Shown: in pieces, positions 52,495-64,000 of the stretch
Position numbering within the stretch: position 1 is the stretch's first letter
Layout of the letters: every line of letters begins with the position of its first letter
Origin: Lytechinus pictus
Taxonomy: Eukaryota
Assembly: GCF_037042905.1 (NCBI RefSeq)
Contig: NC_087252.1
Location: 11,534,001 to 11,598,000, forward strand
Direction of reading: 5' to 3'
Length of the DNA: 64,000 nucleotides
Notes under the pieces: generated by a model
What the model saw: the letters and a program-made list of their open reading frames with translations, nothing else
Told to the model about the DNA's origin: nothing
Databases searched by the model: none
Made by a program: the position numbers and the translations under genes

Positions 52495-53228
52495 TTAAGA
52501 TATGACAAATCAAGTGTTAAACGCCGGGTCTAAAGGCAGTTGTTCTTCTCAGATTGTCGAGTACAATCATACAACTACAGTGATCGGCCTCACCGGCACA
52601 GAAGATTTCTGACCACCACTCATGAAAACCACAATTTCAGACCACTAATTTCAAATGAAAAGTGATTCAAACACAACTATTGCAAAGAAGAATTACGCTT
52701 GTGTTAATTTCCATCTTTAATCTTGTTTTATTTGCATGATTTACAATAAACACACTAAATATAATAAATATTAGTTTATTATCAAAGATTTGCTGTCATT
52801 AGCTAACGTTCATTCGCTTTAAGACCACTAACTCGGCATAATAAACTGTTTTGCTGTGAAATTGTGACCACCACTAAAAAGGTTCTGGCTACAACTCTGG
52901 TCTAGTACGACATCAGCTAAACACAGGGAACAATTGTGCTTACCAAATTTGATGAGCACTTTCAGTCAGAAGAGAAAAGCTTTTCAGTTCTGTACACTCT
53001 TATGTAAAAATCTGCTACGTACACAAATAGCAGTCTAATAAAAATGTGGAGCAAACTGTGATGTGATACCATAAATATTTCCTGTTAGCCTGTTTTGGTC
53101 TACAACCCATTCGGTTTCATTGCCACTCGGTCTACACAGCATCAAACAAATAGTAATAAGTACTACAGGGGTATGTTCTATGAACTTCATTAAAAAAAAT
53201 TATTTTGAGATGGAGATAAACTACATGT

Positions 53229-55694
<2,466 letters not shown>

Positions 55695-56010
55695 CTACGC
55701 ACCTGAAAGAAAAAAAAAAACAAAGAAAAATAAAGTCCACTTATCACAATGCAGGTGAATCCGACAAAGAACATGTACACTATTACTCTGCAGGCTCAGA
55801 CGCTTCATTTTACATTGCCTCATATGGAGTCTGAACTCCATGTAGGAGACTACTATCACTCACTCCTTGGTATATATTTTTTTCTTTTGAACGTTTCACC
55901 AATGTTTCTAAAATATTTTTGTCTATTTTTAATTTCAACTTGCTTCTCAATATTTCATAATGGATTTCCACATTTCTTACAAATGATCTAACCTCTTGTT
56001 ATTCCATTAA

Positions 56011-56616
56011 AGGACAAGTCCATCCCAACAAAAAGTTGATTTGAAAAAAAGGAAAAAAATCCAACAAGCAAAACACTGAAAATTTCATCAAAATCGGATG
56101 TAAAATAAGAAAGTTATGACATTTTAAAGTTTTGCTTAATTTCACAAAACAGTTATATGCACATCCTGGTCGGTATGCAAATTGGCAGACTGATGACGTC
56201 ATCCACTAACTATTTCTTTTGTATTTTATTATATGAAATATTCTAATCTTCTCCTCCTTGTCAAGTGAAACAAAGTTTTATTTCTCCCTGAACATGTGGA
56301 ATTACCATTATTTTAACAGTTTACATGTATGGTTAAGTTAAGTTGGTCCTTATTGTCAAATCTGTAAAAAATGAAATATTGTATAATTCATTTCAAACAA
56401 TAAAAAACAAAAGAAATAGTGAGTGATGGACATCATCGACTCTCATTTGCATATCACTGAGTTGTGCATTTAACTGTTTTGTGAAAAATAAGTGAAACTT
56501 AAAAATGTCATAACTTTCTTATTTTACATCCGATTTTGATGAAATTTTCAGCATTATGCTTGTTTGATTTTTCTCTATCGATTCAAATCAACAATTTTCT
56601 GGGGTGGACTTGACCT
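56011..56616. mobile_element. Kolobok-like MITE; truncated direct copy at about 57050-57498, distant relative at about 32835-33323
   Basis: TTAA|aggacaagtccatccc ... ggggtggacttgacct|TTAA. Confidence 0.8.
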
Positions 56617-57870
56617 TTAATGCTCACAATCATAGTTTTTTATAATCATGGAAGGAAATTGACTTTCTTGACATTCTGATTTAAGCTTTTGGCCATGGAA
56701 CATCATTGCAATACACAAGGTAAACACCCTACTCTTTTAAGGAATGGTGTCTTGATATGTTGCAACTCTCTCAAATGTCCCCCTACTATTTGTGGTCTTT
56801 TGTGATGGAAAAAAATACATCATTCAACATTGAAATTTGTAATAGAAAAAATGTTTTTCCCCAAGTGTGCCCTCCCCTTTAAATTTGCTACCTTTTTTTT
56901 TTTTGGGGGGGGGGACGAAATGACCATGCATTTTGGGTGATAACCCCCTCCCCCCTTTTTTTTTGCTTGTCAAATTTTCTGAGGGAAAACTCCTTCATCC
57001 ATGCCTGGTCCTCCTACCTTTGGGTAGAGATTTCTGCCCATGAGTGCAGATATTTTGCACATCCTGGCTGGTATGAAAATGAGGAGACTATGACGTCATC
57101 CACTCACTATTTCTTTTGTATTTTATTACATGAAATATAAAATACTTTAATTTTCTCCTCATTGTCAAGTGATACAATTAATTCCTCCCTGAACATGTGG
57201 AATTAGCATTGTTTAATACTATATGGTTCAGTCAAGTTGGTCCTCATTGTCAAATATATAAAAAATGAAATATGGTATAATTCAAACAATAAAAAACAAA
57301 AGAAATAGTGAGTGATGGACACCATCAACCGACTCACCTATTTGTGCATGTCACTGTTTTGTGAAAAATAAGTGAAACTTTAAAATGTCATAACTTTCTT
57401 ATTTTACATCCGATTTTGATGAAATTTTCAGCACTATGCTAGTTTGATTCTTCTCTATTTATTCAAGTCAGCATTTTCCTGGGGTGGACTTGACCTATAA
57501 GTTATTTTGAGCACTTTATTATCTTTAATTTGATACCCAAATGATTCTAAATTTGGATAACCGTATATGTCAGAAACTTTTTTCCTCAAAACCATTTTTG
57601 GCTGCGCTGTGTGTGAATGTAGTGAAAAGGGCGAAATTTTTAGCTGTGTGTGCAGTCACTTTTTACTCGAAGAGTCAAAGTCAAACCCACACACGTTACA
57701 GGTGCTCTAACCGACGTAGACCGAGCTACACTGCCTCTCTCCAAGTCTCTTCACAGTGCGTTCTAATGCAATGGCAATGCATGCAAGAATCAATCATGAT
57801 CATGGAAAATCAAGAATTGCAATTGCATAATTTTTCAATGGCAAATGCGGTTGACTTTTTTTTTGCCTAT

Positions 57871-60409
57871 GGGCAATTCCATGGAAAATGTTCACTTTAG
57901 AGAAAAAATGAAGTTTCAGATTTCACTTAAGCAGTCAGATTTTCTTAAAAAGTAATCTATAAAGTCTCAATTTCCAATAGAAAAATCAGAATATTGATAA
58001 AATTTTGTAGTTTTTTCCACCATCAAAAAAATAGAATAGTAAATTGCAAAATGTTAAAAATGTGGCTATTTTTAAACAATTTACCTTTCCTGTCTCTACT
58101 AAAAGCAAACAAGGTCCCAGAGGTCTCTTATAACTTTTGAATAGTTGATTAATGTTTAAATCAACAGAAAATCATCGTTAAATTTTATGCCATTCATCAA
58201 TTTTAGAGAAATCTGTCTTCAGATTTGTGTGATTTCTTTACCATTATCAGTGTCATGTCCGTTACATTTTTCACTTAAAGTTTTCACAGCTTACAGGAAA
58301 TTTGTCTAAAGGTACTGCAGATTCAGATTCTATGTTAGAATTAAACCCCCTACCATGTGTAGCAATCATTTTCCCTTACCACTTCTCATTTTCATAAAAA
58401 TGGCGTAACGGACATGACAATTTGCGTAACGGACATGACGCCTTATATATGACAAAAGGCAGCATTCACAAAAACAAAATATTAGGCTCACTGTAACAGA
58501 CTGAGGTCAGTCTCCATTGCTTGAGGATAGCTGGATGTAATAATTCCTAGAATCTGCATGTCATTCAAGCTATTTTTATAAGTTGGTGAATGATGAAAGT
58601 TCAGCTCTTGTTCTGGTATATTTTTCTGAGAATGAACGGTATACCACATAATATTGGATAAGATGCAGCTAGATCTGGCAACATACTCAGATCACAATCT
58701 GCATTATTTGTGTTTGAACAATACAATTGATTATCTTAGGTGTTTGCACTGACAGTTTGGAGCATGATAAAACTCCAACTTGTAAATTCATGAGATCACT
58801 GACGATATTGCTTCAAAGTATCTGACTTTCACCAACCTCTACCTTTTCAGTAATGGCACGGGCTCACATTTAAAAACAAGTTTGTTTTCAGATAACTGTG
58901 TTACATGATGTAGCTCTATGAATCCATGGATCTACAGTGGCACTTCTTTGCAATATCACAAAGCAAAGGGGCTGTGGAAGGAACGTGGCGCGATCGATAT
59001 TTAATTATGTCATCATAGTATTTTGGTCAGCCATAATCACGATTTGAATTATGTATCTTCATTTGTACACAAGCAGCGCGGACAATGCAACAAAATTAGA
59101 TACAGCCACATTTGTCAGCAAGCAAGATTGAAAGATTTAAAACATCCAAGATTTGATGAAAGGATGATTATACTCAGGATGATATTTATTTTGAATGAAA
59201 AAAAATCTCAGAAGCGATTTATAAACATTCCGTGTACCTTTCAACTCATACATAATCGATAATGAAAGACTGGTTTCAAGGTACTGCTATTAAATTTTAA
59301 AGCACTTTTTAATATAATTTATTTAATCTTAAAACTGACATTAATACTAGTACATATGTTCATCTTGGATTTATACAGGTCTGGTACATTTTGTTTTCGT
59401 CTCAGAAAAAAAAAGAGATTTGGTCTTCTCAGTGTGCCGTAGTGGTACGACAAACATTGTATTCTACATGTATATAAAATTATCATGTAGGCTATAGCTA
59501 TTAAATTAATGATACCTGCCAATAATATCTACATATTTTTCTTAAGAATGTTAGTAAAGGTACTTTGCTGTTACATAATTACATTCATTATTCATATTTC
59601 CTTCATTTTGAAACTAAGAAGTGCTGATGAAGTTCACTTCATAAGGGTGTCATGTCCGTTACGCTAGTGTATATTATCAAATAGTGAGCCATGATAAAAA
59701 ATAATCTTTTCTATCAACTTTTTCTCCTTTAATTAGGTGTGGCAGATGGTAGTAACTGGAAAATACTCATTAACTGTTGTTAACTGGTGTAAAAGAAATT
59801 TTTCTAAATATTTCTTTGTTTATAAATATTGTACGAAAAGCCCCCCTCTCAAATTGCAAAATAATAGGAGATAATACAGATTACCAGTTATGATGTGTGT
59901 CTCTAACCTCTAGCCTTAACATGCAAACAATTAGACTTGTACCATATCTTGTATTTAAAATAATTATATTCGCTTACAAAAAGTGGACGAAACTGTCATG
60001 TCCGTTACGCTTCGTGCGTCATGTCCGTTACGCTACATTTTGAGCTATGAATACAGAATGCACTACAAAACTGTTGTTAAACACCATTTTATGGATAGAG
60101 CATGATCTTAAGGTTAAATTAACACCAACATCAGGTGCATGCAATCTAAGAATTCACAGGAATTTTGATAAGCAATAGGAGGTAAAAATGCTTCGTCCAT
60201 TTCGTGTCATGTCCGTTACGCTCACAAAGAGTGCAATTTCTCCGCAACTGTTCAACGAAATGATTTGAAATTTCATGTGTATGTAACTGATACTTAAATG
60301 TGTCTGATAAGCTCAGTAACAATTATCAAAAGACTGCTAATTCTACTGTATAAACCTTTGAATTACAAAAATTTGTCTGAATGTCATGTCCGTTACGCTG
60401 GAATTGACC
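57871..60409. mobile_element. 2.5-kb non-autonomous DNA transposon, 4-bp TSD (Sola-like)
   Basis: ctat|gggcaattcc ... ggaattgacc|ctat; repeated gtcatgtccgttacgc motifs in both orientations. Confidence 0.65.
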
Positions 60410-60488
60410 CTATGTGAGTATGTCACACAGTGAACAATTGTGTACAATGGATAGCTGAGCGTGAACGCTAGCGGTCGTGTACATTTTT

Positions 60489-61057
60489 CTCGGGGGGGGG
60501 CCACTTACATTGACGAGTGGATACCATGCGCGACCAGAAAAACATGTAAAAAGGATGTCTTTTTCAAGATAGGGCACGTTAAGTACGTAACGTGATAAGG
60601 GTGTCAAAAACGCAAAAATAATGCAAAAAGGGTATCTATTTCGCTAGGAAAGCTACGTGTTCAGGGTCAAATTTTTCGGGGATGATAAAACAAAATTAAA
60701 ATGTTTTATAAAGGATGTCCTTTTTGCCCCAACACTACTTGTTTAGAGTCCGATTAGCGCAAGGTGTGGAAGCTGGGGCCGTACTTAACCAAATGGTGTG
60801 TAAACTAAAGGTAAAACCGACGACCGACGGAACAAACAATAAAATATCGCTGTACTTGTTTAGGGGTTCATTTCAGGGAATACTTGGCAAGGAGTATTGT
60901 TTTGTTTCCAATACTTGTTAAGGGTAGGGTTTCAGACGCCAATACTTGTTAAGGGGTGCATTTTCAAAATATGGAAAATACGTGTTTAGGGTGCTTTTCC
61001 GAGACCACATGGTCGCGCATGGTATCCACTCTTCAATGGAAGTGGCCCCCCCCCGGG
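60489..61057. mobile_element. MITE with CCCGGG ends and 8-bp TSD (copy of 35914-36464)
   Basis: TSD acattttt/acattttt; body aligns with the copy at 35914. Confidence 0.85.
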
Positions 61058-62162
61058 ACATTTTTGCTTATTACATGACGTCATCCAGCCACTGCCGAGA
61101 GCCAATTTATGAATGAAAATATAGTAATCAGGCGCAGTGCGAGCCTTTTATTTCCCCACACAGTATTCCACCAAAACGAGTGTGCAATTCTCTATAACCT
61201 CATACCAAAATCGACCTAGAATTTCCCTTTCCTATATTTTATATGAATTATGAAAGGTATTCTCGCAGGATCTATTTTCTCACCGATACCGCACAGGTGA
61301 GCGAATTTCGATAACTTCTTGCTTTTCCGTCAAAATCTTACGAATTAGCGTCTATATGTCATCGTGTTCGTTGGAATTTGTAGTCTATCGCAACGTGCAC
61401 AAAGTCAATTGGCTTCCGGGTTTCGGAGCGTCGCGTAAATATGCATGAAATTGCAGTTTCGATCGATACCGGAGTGATCCGATCACGAACCAAGACCATT
61501 TCTCGCGTGCACAACGCGACCGGATATCGATACTTCCGCACGCATTCCGAATGAATTATTTTTGGGACCACGTGGTCATGACGTGATCTGCGCGATTGAC
61601 CTATCAACGGTCTTCGAATCGCTGTGCGGAGACGATCTATCCGTTGACGTTGTACACAGTCTATATTATGGACAATTGTTCGTTTCGTTGTGTATCATGA
61701 CCGCTCATCAATTTGAATTTGGAATATATACGGTAATGAATATGGATTTTCATCAAACATTCAGTTTGTATTCATCAACATCATAAGAATGAACTTTCCC
61801 TACCAACAAGACGTAGCCTAGCTCTGATCAGGGATATCCCTGCTCTGATCCCGACACAGCACATGTGCGGTGTCTGAACCCCCATTGCCAGAATTGGCGA
61901 CGATAGCGTACAGAAAATTCAATGCGCACGACACGACTTCACACAAGTCACACTCACAACTGACAGTGACACAACATGCACACGGCAACTGCTTTATCAA
62001 AATCGAAATCACGCATAAACGTTCAGACCAATTTCAAAATACATACAATAATACTAGTCTTAAAATATCATACAATCATGCTTAACATTTACAAATATCA
62101 TTCAAACAAATATTTCATGAAATTATGGCAATTTGTGGTCCGTAAAGGAACACGTTCCTTAC

Positions 62163-62187
62163 TTTCGTAGAAATCCAATGGAAAGAG
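62163..62187 (-). promoter_or_regulatory. UBA52: Probable non-coding exon 1 of UBA52 with TCT/5'TOP start
   Basis: Minus strand reads (t)CTCTTTCCattggatttctacgaaa|gtaag: a polypyrimidine initiator typical of ribosomal protein genes, followed by a consensus donor. The ATG exon has its own acceptor, so an upstream exon is required. Confidence 0.75.
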
Positions 62188-63687
62188 ATCGCATGGAGGT
62201 CTATAATTATCGACGCTGAGGGCAGCATAACAATGTTAGCTTTTCGTTTTTAGCAGTGTTTAGGTCTAAATCTAAAAAAAAAAAATCGGCTCGTATAAAT
62301 TGAGGTAGGTTGAAGTTTTCAGATCTAAGTATCAAATAATTTTAATCATTTATTCGATCAGGAATATACCCATCTATTTATGATTACAAAATGTACGTAG
62401 AATGTCCAGTAGTCAGTTCTAAATCTAGATAAATAAAATAATAAATGAAATAATTATAATATGAATAAATAGATAAATAAATAAACAAACAAATAAATAA
62501 ATAAATAAATAAATAAGTAAGTAAATAAAAAAAAATAAAAAAAAAAAAATATGGAAATCGACTCTCTTGTTTCGTTCGCATGAAAACTACTATTGCCAGT
62601 CAAGCAATTTCGTGCTAATAGTAACTGGCCCTTAATTGCATGTATTTTACTTGACTTGATCATATGATTTATATATATAATCAGGGACGTGAGAGCTGGA
62701 TCGATCCTATTTTTATGGGGAGGTAACTAACCAAGACGAAAAGTTAGTTGTAGTCTTCAAGCTCGTCGGGGGGGGGGGGGGGGGGGGATAAAGGTCTTCA
62801 AGCTGCCCCCCCCCCGTAGGTATACGCTAGTGCCTACGAGCATATCAGTGTCCTCATAATTATGTAATATAAAATGCATGAATTTTTAATGGTTCGCGAA
62901 GACTATTTATTTCTTTCTTTCTGGAGCGGGTGTGAAATGATTTGTGTATTCTATGAAGAGTAATCATGCAGGGGGTAAAGTTTAGATGAATAATATCAAA
63001 TCACGAAATTAGATCTATCTCAGTGAATTTGAAAACCACCTTTAGTTCGTGGTTTAAATTATCCATACTAGGCAAATGACCTTTTACTAGCTGCCCGTGA
63101 CTGTGTGCAGTCTAACAAACGAACAAACTTGCCCCCCCCCCTTTTGAGAAGTAAACTTAAAATTTGTAATAAAGTAAAAATGCCATCAAAATAGAGGTGT
63201 ACCCCTCTTTTGAAGTTGAAGACCCCCTGTTTTTGCTTGTCAAGTTTTTTCGGGTATGAAATATCCTTTATTTGTGGTTTAAAATTTTTTTTTTTGCTTG
63301 CTTGTCAAATATTTTCAGGTACAAAATATCCTTAATTTGTGATTGAAAACCTTTTTTTTGCCCCCCCCCCCTTGGAAAATCCTGGATCCGCCCCTGTCTT
63401 ACACCCCCGATCATCATTGGTTGAACTTTACGGCTCATTGTGAAAAAGCAAAGTGAACTAACACAATTATTTCTTCGCCGATCAAGATTTTGTGACCATG
63501 CACTCCAGACTCTAAAATGAATGGGAAATGGATATAGACAAAATGATAGAGGAAAGAGAATAAAAGTGAGAAAATTGACAGGGGAGTGCAAGAAAATTAA
63601 AGCGAAAAATCAAATTGTTATGGTTGACTGCTTTTTAAGTCATTTTCATGGACCGAATGAATAAAAATAATTGTTAGATAAAATATA

Positions 63688-64000
63688 CAGTGCGTATCAA
63701 AAAAAAGTTTACACTTTGAAAAGCCCTGTGAATTAAAAAATATACAACATATGGGTAATTTTTTCACATGTAATCTTGGGTTTGGGTCTCATCTATCCAA
63801 TGAAAGTAAAAGTTTTGACAGAATGTTACACTTGAGTGAGCACTGTCTATTTTTGTAAAGCTCGCAGAAATCTGTTTGCGCAGAAACTCTAATTTTTACG
63901 CTGTGTCAAGAGGAAAGGGCAATATCAAACTTACCCTGCGAAACATTTCTCATACATTTCCCTTGCATTTTAGTCAATTGAAATAAAATGGATACATTCA
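63688..64000. mobile_element. Left end of a Tc1/mariner-like element (runs off window)
   Basis: ta|cagtgcgtatcaaaaaaaagtttacacttt terminus; the other end is not visible. Confidence 0.45.

Overview
AT-rich eukaryotic genomic DNA. The repeat landscape resembles an echinoderm such as a sea urchin, but the taxon is an inference. Two spliced genes lie on the minus strand. The first is the 5' part of a MEGF8 orthologue: 18 coding exons from 42942 down to 2060 (signal peptide, CUB, EGF, kelch propeller, PSI repeats), all with GT-AG junctions and matching phases, continuing beyond the window's left edge. The second is a complete UBA52 (ubiquitin-ribosomal protein eL40) gene with 4 coding exons (55688-49412) and a probable non-coding 5'TOP first exon near 62163-62187. 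Introns are packed with non-autonomous DNA transposons, one 5'-truncated frameshifted LINE and a decayed Harbinger-type Myb/SANT gene. Four patterns stand out. (a) Degenerate tandem 'echo' copies of exon 3' ends plus their splice donors sit behind several MEGF8 exons. (b) Copy-versus-copy comparison shows the abundant TACATGTA motif arising by TA->TACATGTA insertion, resembling transposon excision footprints. (c) Two crossing pairs of long inverted repeats flank MEGF8 exon 4. (d) A 113-codon in-frame extension precedes the MEGF8 signal peptide. No clearly new protein-coding system was found.
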